DNA from: Tubulanus polymorphus
Taxonomy: Eukaryota > Animalia > Nemertea
Length of the DNA stretch: 64,000 nt
Assembly (NCBI RefSeq): GCF_964204645.1
Contig: NC_134034.1
Span: 11,544,962-11,608,961 of the forward strand
Direction of reading: 5' to 3'
The notes below the pieces were generated by a model, which was not told the DNA's origin, made no database searches, and saw only the letters and a program-made list of their open reading frames with translations. This document shows positions 13,082 to 29,726 of the stretch, one piece after another. Numbering within the stretch: position 1 is the stretch's first letter; each line of letters opens with the position of its first letter. Position numbers and translations under genes: made by a program.

Positions 13082-13396
13082 GTAAGAATCAGTTTATGAG
13101 TTTTTTCAGTTTCTAAAAAAATACTTCTTTATTCAAATATTTTCCCGATTCTTCTGATACCAGAGATACTTTACGCGTTAAGCTAATAAAAAACTGATAC
13201 CTCCTTTCTCCTAATCGGCCGGGTAACTTTTGTAAACTGCGATAAAATTTGTAATCAGTTCGTTTCTATAACTGCCGGGTTTGTTAGTGTTAGGTCTGTT
13301 AGTTAGGGCTTGATCGTGATTTTAAAAAGAAGTGAATGTACAGGATAGAAAGGCGACCGGCCGGGTCAACTTTTGAGCTCAGCTGTATGAGCTGAT

Positions 13397-13637
13397 GAGA
13401 AAAAAGGTCACGATAGGTAGAACACAATATCCGTGTTGACGCGATGAGGAGAGAATCCCACAATGATAATAAAAAGTCCGAAAATGAAACTTCGAGATAG
13501 TAGTTTATTTCAACGTTTCGACTATATCCTAAAGATCCTGAAGATGACTATTAGGATATAGTCGAAACGTTGAAATAAACTACTATCTCGAAGTTTCATT
13601 TTCGGACTTTTTATTATCATTGTGGGAGAAAAAAGGT
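13397..13637. mobile_element. Penelope-like palindromic insertion carrying a hammerhead core, flanked by a 12-bp target-site duplication
   Basis: Perfect inverted arms 13456-13532 / 13551-13627 (77 bp); GAGAAAAAAGGT at 13397-13408 and 13626-13637; CTGAAGA-T-GACTAT..ATAGTC-GAAACGTT at about 13538-13571. Confidence 0.7.
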
Positions 13638-15769
13638 ATCCGTTTTCTAGCCTTACACTTGTTATTTAACTACCCTGTATTCATCTTAAACGTAATATTG
13701 GGTAAAATTCAAATATGAGTTGAAAGGAATAAGGAAATTTATCCTTTTTCGGTCGGAAATAAGTAAGAGTTTCAGATCAGGGCTGGGTTTCATAGAGGTG
13801 GAAGAAAGATAGTCCCTGGGAACATTTTGAAATTTGTCAGTTATAACCATGGTTTCTCATTGTAACTATGGTGGTTGTTACCCAGATTGACGATTTACCC
13901 CTAGGGATAACTTTGATACTCAGTCTATGAAACCGGGCCCAGGAATTCAATATATTGCAAAAACATAATTTAGGTACTGAAAATTGTAGACTGATAGAAA
14001 TGTAGTTATTTCGAAGTCTTATTTTGATTGACAGAAGTTACGAGAGGTTTTTACGGCAGGTTTTTCTTCAGCTGAGATATTATTAAAGTTTTCTCTTATG
14101 AGTCATTGTTTCTATACTGGATTTGATTGAGTCATTCGTTGAGCCGCCGCGTGCTGGCACAATACTGTCGCAATACTGGCACAATACTTTATAAAGCCGT
14201 CACACAAATATATCTATTGAAATAACTATGCAATGAATTATATTTGTAGGGCTCTATATATATATAATATATTGTTCTACACCCTCAAAAATAGAAATAA
14301 AAATATTATGTTTGTTTTGAGAAATATGCAGCCAGTTGACATGCGTGTGTTTTAATAATATCGTAGGTTTAAGGCGTAAAAATGATTAACCCTTAAATCG
14401 GTTATAAAGATGAAGTGATTTAATCAAGAAAATAGATTTAGTTGAAAGTTCAAACACTACTTTGTGAAAACCCGGGTCCAGTTCGTTTAGTGAATTGTGT
14501 ATTTCGTGGACTCCTGGGCCCAGTGCACGTCTTGCCTTAAGTTTTAATCTTAAGACCGGTCTTTAGTTGTTAGATTGGCTATAGAATCAAGTTGGTCTAA
14601 GACTGGTCTTAAATCTAAGCTATGACTATGCAACAGACCCCTGGGGCCGGTTCCATAGACAGGACTTAGACTTAAGACCAGTCTAAGACAAACTTAGTTC
14701 TATAGACAATCTAACAACTTAAGACCACTTTTGGTCTTAAGTCTTGACTATGGAACCGGCCCCTGGGCCGGGTTTCATAGACGTTGTTATAACCATGGTT
14801 TCTCATTGCGGTGGTTGTAACCCACAGATTGATGATTTACCGCCTGGGGCGGGGGATAACTTTGAAACCGGGCCCTCGAGAATAGATTTACGATGACCTT
14901 GATCGAACAGGGGTCAACGGGTTCGTCGCGTGGATTAATTTCAGGTAAAGTACGATTTGATTTAGAACTCGTTTAGAACTCATTCGTCAGTCTTGTCACG
15001 TCGTCGTTCGGCGCTGTGACTCAACCAGCCTGCTCGGTGAATGCTGGATCAATGTGTATCTGTTGCAATAAAACTGCTGCTGTCTGGCTGGCTCTGTCTC
15101 TCTGTGATGCTGTGTCCGGCTACTAGCAGCAGCAGCAGCAGAAGCGAGTCTCGCCCTGTTGCTCTCGAGACGTTCCGTACATCTGGACCCGACTGGCTCC
15201 AAAATCCGTGTTAAACAAATAGCGAGGATTATGTTTTAAAAACGGTTTTAGAATTTAGCGTTTATCGGAATATTTCGAATTTGTGAGGATTATTTTTCTT
15301 GGATCGTCGTTGATGTGCGTGAATATACGTGAAATAGACGACGATGTTTGCCAGGTAAACTGAACCTTTCTGTAGAACGTCAGTGAACCCCGGGAACTGA
15401 TAAAAAAACTCACTGTTTATTTCATATTCAGTCTGTTGCATAATATCCATCATTTAGACAATGATATAAACAACGCAATAACAATTGCCACACTCTACTG
15501 CCAGTTACTGTATGTGTGCTATTTAGATGCTACCTTCATCAAATTCAGTTTGTTGTGAATAAGAGCAGGCGGGCGAGCAGACGGTGGGTCGGTCTCTTGT
15601 AACAATGGGAACCTGTATGATGATATAGCTACTTTAAAATGCTCCTTGCATATGGTTTGATATAATTTGATAGTTATCCAATCAACACTTGTCCCTGATC
15701 TAAATGAAGCTCTGTGTGCTGTAGGGTATGGCTCAGTGTCCGGTGAACCATCAGGTTTATATCCCTGTA

Positions 15770-16617
15770 AGGGATGTGTCTGCTAAGGCAGGGGTTTGTA
15801 CTGTGACTGAGTCTCATGGTGTCATTAGGTTCGAATACCTGTGAGGGAGGATATATCTAATTAGGGCAGGGGTTTGTACCACGCCAGGCTCATATGAGGC
15901 AGGTACATTGCAGAGTGCATGGTGTGAGGGACGGGTGTAGGCTATTAGGGCAGTTTGTACCACGCTAGGCTTGAGTCAGGAACGTGGCAGAGTCTCTGGG
16001 TGTGAGGGACGGGTGTAGCTATTAGGGCAGTTTGTGCCACGCTAGGCTTGAGGCAGGAACGTGGCAGAGTCTCTGGGTGCGAGGGACGGGTGTAGCTATT
16101 AGGGCAGTTTGTACCACGCTAGGCTTGTAGCAGGAACGTGGCAGAGTCTCTGGGTGTGAGGGACGGGTGTAGACTATTAGGGCAGTTTGTACCAGGCTAG
16201 GCTTGAGGCAGGAACGTTGCAGAGTCTCTGGGTGTGAGGGACGGGTGTAGACTATTAGGGCAGTTTGTACCAGGCTAGGCTTGAGGCAGGAACGTGGCAG
16301 AGTCTCTGGGTGTGAGGGACGGGTGTAGGCTATTAGGGCAGTTTGTACCACGCTAGGCTTGAGGCAGGAACGTTGCAGCGTCTCTGGGTGTGAGGGACGG
16401 GTGTAGACTATTAGCGCAGTTTGTACCAGGCTAGGCTTGAGGCAGGAACGTGGCAGAGTCTCTGGGTGAGAGGGACAGGTGTAGACTATTAGGGCAGTTT
16501 GTACCAGGCTAGGCTTGAGTCAGGAACCTTGCAGAGTCTCTCGGTGAGGGACGGGTGTAGGCTATTAGGGCAGTTTGTACCACGCTAGGCTTGAAAGAGG
16601 AATGTGGCGGAGTCTCA
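15770..16617. repeat. 78-bp tandem repeat
   Basis: GTGTGAGGGACGGGTGTAGACTATTAGGGCAGTTTGTACC... about 10 copies, degenerate at the left edge. Confidence 0.9.
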
Positions 16618-17874
16618 TGAATAATGCCTGCTTGCTATCAGGAGATGAGTAGATGGACCTGTTGCTACCATACACCGGTACTATCCATGTTTTATGAGGT
16701 GTATTATACAGCGTGTACAGAATGCTATAATTTGATGGTTTATCCCTCGGGTGAAGGGCGAACGTTCAGGAGTGGAGAGGGGAATTTTTATTGCCAGGTT
16801 AATTGTATAGTCCACTCATGAACACTCTCACAGCCAGCTCTGACTGTTCTCTCTCTAACAACGCTGCCATTTACATTTTTAGTGCCGCTAATTTCCTGAT
16901 TTTGAGCTCCTTCTCTCCGCACCCAGAATCAGCGAGGCGTTCGTTCGTTCATTCAGTCATTTTAGATGCAGATTTTATGGTTTATACAGTTGTTGACCCC
17001 GGCGAAGTCGTCAGTCGCACAAGTCGTCTCTTTTTTTGAATCTCGATTTGTATTTTCCGTAAGAAAAAAAATTAAGAAGTCATCAACGTAATGATCATCG
17101 TAACCAACGATAACTTCAGCTCAAATTTGACTAATTAAGAAATTTTAGTTCAATCTCTTATTTTGAGCCCTAATTTATATTTCTAAATCAATTACTAAGC
17201 ATAAGTGGTCATTTCGATCAGTCATTTCGATGACTTTCACGGTGAGTTTGACAGACTGAAGACAATCCTAGATAAACTCTGGACGCAGCTCCCTGCAGTG
17301 ATTTTCATTCAGAAATCTTTAGATGAAAGAAAAAAAATGATCTGAGAGGAATTGAATTTTCACTCGCCGGAGGTCACAGCCAGATTTCAATCGATTTCTA
17401 GACTGAAGCGCATCCGTTGCGCGCAGGGCATCTCTTAGATCGCACCTGCTCGGCCCGGCGCCTGCGGGCTCGTATATTGGATCGGCAAATGATATGAAAG
17501 TCAAAAGATGTCACCGGTATATCATCGCTGACGTCTGCGTGTTCAGTGGTTAATCCGTTTCGGCAGAAAAATCAATACCTCCGCGTCTGCTTGTGATGAT
17601 ATTATTTAGTTTTCTATTTATACTCGTCTCGTCGATGTGCGTCAGGTTTGTGACACTTTCATCGTTCATACGATTTCGAACAATCGCCGAATGATAATGC
17701 GATTTATTTCGAGGTTTTCTGTAATTGAATGATTAAATCTTCTTATCTGAGTTCCGGGTATGTGTGGCGTGCGCGCGTCATTAGATCGACTGATTTGTGG
17801 TTTCAGCAAACGTGATCTGTGGATCAAACAATATCTGGTTGAGCGAGCAGTCATGTTTTAGAATCGTAAGGACC

Positions 17875-18600
17875 TAGGACCAGTTTCACAATCATGACTT
17901 GGTTTGAAATTCTGAGATCGGTCTGAAGTTCTTAGACTAACTATGGAGCTGAGAAATTAAGCTGGTTTTAAGTTGTTAGATTGTCTATAGAACCAAAACG
18001 AGCTTATACTGGTCTTAAGTTGTTAGATTGGTTATAGAACTAAAATGGCTATGGAACCAAAATGGTCTTAGACTGGCCTCAAGTTGTTAGATTGGCTATA
18101 GAACCAAAATGAGCTTATACTGGTCTTAAGTTGTTAGATTGGTTATAGAACTAAAATGGCTATGGAACCAAAATGGTCTTAGACTGGCCTCAAGTTGTTA
18201 GATTGGCTATAGAACCAAAATGAGCTTAAACTGGTCTTAAGTTGTTAGATTGGTTATACAACCAAAATGGCTATGGAACCAAAATGGTCTTAGACTGGCC
18301 TCAAGTTGTTAGATTGGCTATAGAACCAAAATGAGCTTAAACTGGTCTTAAGTTGTTAGATTGGTTATACAACCAAAATGGCTATGGAACCAAAATGGTC
18401 TTAGACTGGCCTCAAGTTGTTAGATTGGCTATAGAACCAAAATGAGCTTAGACTGGTTTTAACCTGATAGAATGGTTATAGAACCAAAATGGTCTTAGAC
18501 TGGTCTTAACCTGTTAGATTGGCTATAGAACCAAAATGGTCTTAGACTGGTCTTAACCTGTTAGATTGGCTATAGAACTGCGTTGTTCTTAAGACTGGTT
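17875..18600. repeat. Satellite-like expansion of the MITE family A interior
   Basis: GTTGTTAGATTGGCTATAGAACCAAAATGGTCTTAGACTGG subunits amplified with higher-order periodicity. Confidence 0.85.
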
Positions 18601-18954
18601 TCAAGGATTACACACGAGCTGAAGAGCTAGGATCTTCTTGGACATGGCTCAATCTCTCGCAACATTACATTTCAGTAAATCATGCCATAACATTCGGAGA
18701 TATGCCGGGTTCGCCGTGTGTTTATTGAATTCTCCAGACACAGGAACTCAGTTGAGAACGCGCACGTAGATTAAAACTCTCATATTCAGATAAGAACCTC
18801 CTCTCTCTCCTCTGCGATAATGGTCATATAGTGTTTGTATGGTAAATGGATTGATTTTGGAGTAATATGAACAGTCTCTGAGCGTCTCTGTGTCTCGTGA
18901 GCTGTTTGCGTCATATGTCGTTTATTGTTTTCATTGTTCACTTGTCGCAGACCA

Positions 18955-18992
<38 letters not shown>

Positions 18993-19143
18993 CTACTGAT
19001 AATAAATACGGCATCAAACCCTGGATCAATGAGAGACCAGCGAAACACTGACTATAAACACCTGTGGTCAGTCACTCAAAAGCTGGTTTGAATTGACCGT
19101 TGGACCAACTTCATGGTTGCAATGTCACTTGGTGTTGACCAGA

Positions 19144-19243
19144 GACCGACCGACCGACCGACCGACCGACCGACCGACCGACCGACCGACCGACCGACCG
19201 ACCGACCGACCGACCGACCGACCGACCGACCGACCGACCGACC
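19144..19243. repeat. (GACC)n microsatellite
   Basis: About 25 perfect tetranucleotide units. Confidence 0.95.
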
Positions 19244-19363
19244 AGGATTCAAACACATTAACTCGGATTATTGAGACTGCCCCTCCCCCCACCTCCCTCA
19301 CGTTTCTGATGATCTGTTGTTTCTATTTTCAGTTGTTTCCCAAACAGAGATTCATCGTTCACG

Positions 19364-23953
<4,590 letters not shown>

Positions 23954-25544
23954 AAACAAAAAAAAAGACAAATTTAAAATTGGAAAAAAGACATTATAAT
24001 TCGTTAATCAAAAGACCGTTTATAATTTGATGACTCATACGACCACCAGGAGGCGCTGTACATACATTTCAACGTGACACCTATTGCTATTGGGAATGGA
24101 AAACAATGCAAATGCAGATCATTATACAGAATATTGAGCACCATCGAGCTGTAGTGTATATTTTGATGGATAGATGGCGCAGGCGGGGTTCGTGCAGCTC
24201 CCCTACATTGTTCAACTCGAGACAACAATGCACTCGTCTCCAAGGTGACTGCACGGCCATTTTGTTTTTAAGAATATAGCATGCACTTCATTTTGTGCGA
24301 TACACACATTCACTAAAAACATTATTATACCTGATACTAATGCAATATTTATGAAGAAATCAATGTCTTAAAATATATTCAAATACAGCCTGATAGGAAC
24401 TGAGTTCAGGGATGGGATGGGGAACCTACAATTCTGCTGTGGCAATTGAGTATTCCACTTATGACAAGTAAGACCCACCAGGTGTCACTAGTAGTTACGG
24501 CACTCCGTGTTCAATTTCTCCTACAATTCAGTGAGAAACTTTTCAATGAAAACTATAGCAATCACTGAGTAGAAAATAAATTCCTGATTATATTAAGGTC
24601 CTGTGATAATGTATGGATTCAGGGCCTAGAAATTCAGTTCAAAATTGATTGAAAATTAACTCTTATTTTAACAAAGCTTAAGACCAAGTGCTCGCCACGC
24701 CACCTGGTGTGATAGCTGGTGCTGCGGTTCTCCATTCAACCCGAACTGCAGTGTCCTGTGAATTCACTATTTATTTACCTTAAATGAGAATAAATCTAAT
24801 AATTATTATAATTGTAAAACTCTTGCGAACACCAGTGAATCGTCGTGTGTTTATGAAGTAAAATGGTGTTTAATGTGTATCTCGTTAATTAACGCGCGCG
24901 TTGCTGCTATAGGATACGATTCATGAAATGTTGAATTTATATTTTTACAACTTCGATGATGATATGTGGCTTTTTATAGAATGAATTAAACTCTAATCAT
25001 TGAGAAATCTTTGCTGGAATAATCGGTTTCATGAGGACGGCTAAATTTGAACAAATGAAAACAAGAAACGACTTGCAGCAACTGAGTTTAGCTTTTTCGA
25101 GAAAATGGCTCGGGATTCAAGGCAAACTTAAAGCCAAAGCTCTAGGATCTATTATAGATCTTAATTAAAACTGGTCTTTAGTTAATAATGGCAATTGAAA
25201 ACTCAAAGCAATTAATAGCTAAGCTGAGTTGAGCCTTTTCATGAAACTGGTTCGGTGGCTCCGGATTCATGGAAACTTAATACCAAAGCTCCGGGGTCCA
25301 TTTGTAATATTAAGTCATATAGGATTTTGAAACTGGTCTTTAGTGATTAGATAGACTATAGAAAACTTCAACATAGATTTTATTTATTTGCATTTAAACT
25401 CATTTTGAAATGAGCTTCAATTAGTTTTAATCATTACTACCAGCAGCAGCAGCAGCAGCAGACGGACTTGTACGAAAATCATCCATTATTCCGGTGCCCG
25501 GGCAACGACCCTCGGCTCAGTATCGCTAGAAATATCGTCCAAAA

Positions 25545-25731
25545 ATTTACTCTGACCCTATTCCGCAGTTTACTCGGACCCTATTCCGCAGTTTACTCGG
25601 ACCCTATTCCGCAGTTTACTCGGACCCTATTCCGCAGTTTACTCGGACCCTATTCCGCAGTTTACTCGGACCCTATTCCGCAGTTTACTCGGACCCTATT
25701 CCGCAGTTTACTCGGACCCTATTCCGCAGTT
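25545..25731. repeat. 23-bp minisatellite derived from a family D MITE end
   Basis: GGACCCTATTCCGCAGTTTACTC x ~8 running into CCGCAGTTGTGAGTT. Confidence 0.9.
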
Positions 25732-26063
25732 GTGAGTTTGGATTTGACTAGGGTGAGTACTCATGAGGTCAGTGGAACTGGGTCAGTTGCTCGAAAGATG
25801 GCCAAACTTAACCGCCAGATACAATAAGAATGGACTTTTAATCGTCGCTCTATCAACTATCCACTAGTTAAGTCTTGCTAGCGTTAAAGGAACTCATCCC
25901 CCCCCAAATTCTTGGACACAGAAATCTGACATTAATTGTGCTGCGTACTCGTGTTAATTTTTGTTTTATCGTTTTCAAACAAATGTAAATAGTTCAGTAG
26001 GTTTATAACCAGTGGAAATTAGCTCGTAGTTGATCAGCATCACGAATCTGCTTAATTCGGATC

Positions 26064-26173
26064 ATGTTCGGTGGGATCTATATTCTCCTGATGTTCGGTG
26101 GGATCTATATTCTCCTGATGTTCCGTGGGATCTATATTCTCCTGATGTTCGGTGGGATCTATATTCTCCTGAT
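26064..26173. repeat. 27-bp minisatellite
   Basis: ATGTTCGGTGGGATCTATATTCTCCTG x4. Confidence 0.9.
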
Positions 26174-29100
26174 GGTACCCTGGCTACAGACGTTTTGAAA
26201 AATAACCACAAATCTCCGTGATACTAACTTCGAAATGGTTCTGATTTCGGCCACAATTACCAATCAGGACCACAGATCGGCATTTCCCAGTCATATTTTG
26301 ACTCTTATTCGGGTTAACTAGTTTCAGAACTGGGTCTAGTAATTTAAAAATGTCTGTAAAGTAGGTTTTGATTGGTCTCCACCGATTCTGCAATTCTCTT
26401 CTGGCGCGTTCGTGTCAACCAGAATATGCTCTACCTATTCCGGGATGGTATAATCTGTAAACCTGATAGAAGCGGTCGGTAGAGTTTGTAATATGTAAAC
26501 CTGATAGAAGCGGCCGGTAGAGAGTTTGTAATCTGTAAACCTGATAGAAGCGACCGGTAGAGAGTTTGTAATTCGGAATTGCTTAATCGGTATACGTCCA
26601 ATCGAAACCTGCGTTAGATTGAAAAGAAATTATTTTCAATATTGAGAAGGCTGTAACTTGCTTAAAGTCGTCAGTGCTGATGATGACTTAAACCTGGCAG
26701 ACTGCCAGGGGTCTGCACGGAGAACTCCGAGTATTCTATCAGTCTTTCTTTGAATGTAAGCGTATATGTTTTGGCGTCTGCTTGGAGTACTCCGACCGAC
26801 CGTGTAGGTTTCAGTCTACTACGCTCCCCCATGACTTGTTTTAACGCTTTGTTTGTTGTCAAACCTCAGAATAGAAATATCTGAATATTTTTTCATGTAC
26901 ATGTATAACGTTAATGTACTAATAATATATAATATTGTATATATATATGAATAATTATAATAATAATAGTAATGATGATAATATGAATGATAAACTGGTT
27001 CAATACGATTATTATTATTACTATTATTATAGTGTAAAATGTTTACAATTGAAAATGAATAAAATTTGAATGAAAATTTATATATATACGTATCCTAAAT
27101 CAAGCATTACGTTCTGAATCTAATGATTAAACCCCTCAGTCCAAGGGCTGCAGTACGAGGTCAAGGACAGCGGTTTCTTTAGTGGTGTACTCTCGCCTCC
27201 CGGCAATTGTACTCTATCATTGGCCTTTTCGAGAGTCCGAAACCTTTCTGTCGAGGTCGTGCGATTGTGTGATTCGGATTTTGTGCGGCCCAATACCTGT
27301 CATTTCGTTACCTGCTCTGAAGAAGCATATCATATTTGAATTGTACGTTCCAGCCGTGCATTAACCACGTTCGTAGAATTTCGTATAAATATTTCTTTAT
27401 TTTAGCTGAAATCACAAAGTTTACTACATATAATGTTATTATCATAATTCCTTCATATAAAAATGATTTATGTAAAAAAAAAAAGAAAAAGAAAATCACT
27501 TTTTACAACACTGAAAAACCACTTAATCGTCTTATAGATAATTCATTAACTAATTCTTGTTAATTAAATAAAACTCTCAACACGAATTATTGATAAAATA
27601 CAAAATTTCGGCTTTTTCGCTTTTATCAGACGGCGAACAGTTGACTGAGTGAAGGCATTCTGATTCAAAGTCTTTTCTGACCCGGAGTCGCGTAAAGTCA
27701 CATATTCGCTTCACTCATCAGTCGAGTGTAAACCCCTTTTCTATAACCGAACAAAAAGTCACCTTATGAAAACATTTTCTATGAATTTTCTTCAAGAAAG
27801 AAATGTAAAAATATTTCCAATAGAAATGATATAAATATGACACAATGAAATGGAAGCAGCAATTTAACTATTAATCGTTTGACCTAAACATCGAAATCGT
27901 GAGAAACTCGATGTTTAAATATGCTAACATGATTATGAGGACCAAGCAATGCTACCGTGGTGAGTGAGGATTCACCAGGGGTCGCTAGTATGAAGTAGGA
28001 CATCAACTATTGCGGTAATAGAGGATTCCACTTGTGGCAGGTGAGGATCCACCAGGCCTGTTGCTGAAAAATTGGTAAGAGTTAACACCAGTGGATAGTT
28101 GACATAGTGACAATTAAAAGTTCATTGTTACTATGGTATTTATCCGCCGGTTATCTTTAACTAACTTTTCAGCAACTGGCCCGAGGTGTCACCAGTACAC
28201 TACACTAGGACATCAATGGATGAAAATTAACCCACCTACAGACATGAAACGCCATCTGGAGGAATAGCTGGGTCAACGTAGAATATTTCTTCAGCTTCAC
28301 TACTAAAGTCGATCTTATAACGTAAAGTTAAGCGGAGCTCAGTAAAATGAGTCCTAGATCAATCAGTTCGGATTCTCGGCTGAAGTTCAACACCGGTGGT
28401 TAGCAGATTTAAACATGGAGACAGTACACACAGGTCCCAGGTTTGATCCAGATTCTAAAACAAGCAAATCAGGAATCCCCTAACCGGGCCCTACGTTCCC
28501 TAGCCGAGCCCTGCGTTATCCAATGAAGCCCTACATGCATTCTCTACAATTTCTTCATAAGAAACTAGTCGTCGATATTACATGTACTATAACTAAATCA
28601 GCGCCGCAAATGAAAAAAACCTTTTTTATAAATGCAAATATTGAAAATATTTCACAGTGTTACGTATGTCTATAGAATGCTATAATTCGGATTCCAGTTC
28701 CACAACAGTCAGATAACACGCGTTTGCAGAACTGGACCCCGTCTTGCGTTACTGGCTATTAATAGATTGAATATTCTATTGAAGAGATTCGCGTGAAAAT
28801 ATGATCGTTCGTCTTATTCCGCTTAGATCGGATGAAATCGGTTCGGTCACAGACACTCCGGTTAAACCGGGGCCGTGATACGGAAGTTTTCTGAAACTAA
28901 GTCAACGGTTCCGACAGTTTCATCGGTTTTTCGGAAGATCTCGAAATTCGTGTGAAAATAATTTCAGATTATTAAAACGGTACATTCGTGGCGTAGACTT
29001 TACGAGTACTTATCGTAGAAAATCCCTGATCATCGCGGAAATGAGGGGCAAGACTTCGCTTATCGTTATAAACACAGAAATGAACGAATACCCTAAACAC

Positions 29101-29437
29101 AGTCCTATTCACAGCGTCGTATAAAAGATCTACGCTACCATTTAGGAGATCTTTGCAAACATTCTGAGAGGATATTCTTACCTTTTTTTATCAGCTGGGA
29201 GCTTCTTTACAGGACAAACAGTCGTTACGAAGAAACGGAAAGACAGTATTTGAATCACAGGACACCTTCCACTAATCATGCACGATTGACACTACGACGA
29301 ACCTACTAGACATTTTTTAAGACGCTCGGGTCTTTTTTAAGCTCTATTTCTATAAGTAAACCCCGACGCGGTTGTTGGTTTGACCGGATATTGAATACAA
29401 CTGCGGGCAAATACTACATTGTTCATCTATCTATGTA

Positions 29438-29726
29438 TTAACCCTTTCAGTGGTGACTAATTAATGCCCTAAAGTGCTGGAGATAATTTCAAAATTTTGA
29501 AAAATTCCACCCTAGTGTGTTGAATAAGGGGAATAGCACTATAGTGCGTCTACACCGCGGCGCGGTGTATCGTTAGTTACTGATATTTCACTATGTTTGA
29601 CACGTGCTGCCATCTTTCAAGAGAGATAATTACTAATTACATCAATACACCACAATACGGTCTACTAGCAAAATCCATCACTTATCTATACACCGCACTG
29701 CGGTGTACATGCACTGAAAGGGTTAA
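29438..29726. mobile_element. piggyBac-type MITE (TTAA TSD, TIR CCCTTTCAGTG)
   Basis: TTAA|CCCTTTCAGTG ... CACTGAAAGGG|TTAA; partial copies at 1-138, 30887-31090 and about 35050-35323. Confidence 0.85.

Noticed and set aside
17230-17247. ATG ACT TTC ACG|gtgagt as another Ral coding first exon
   Set aside because: Phase 0 is out of frame with the 19333 acceptor; at most a UTR exon, unsupported
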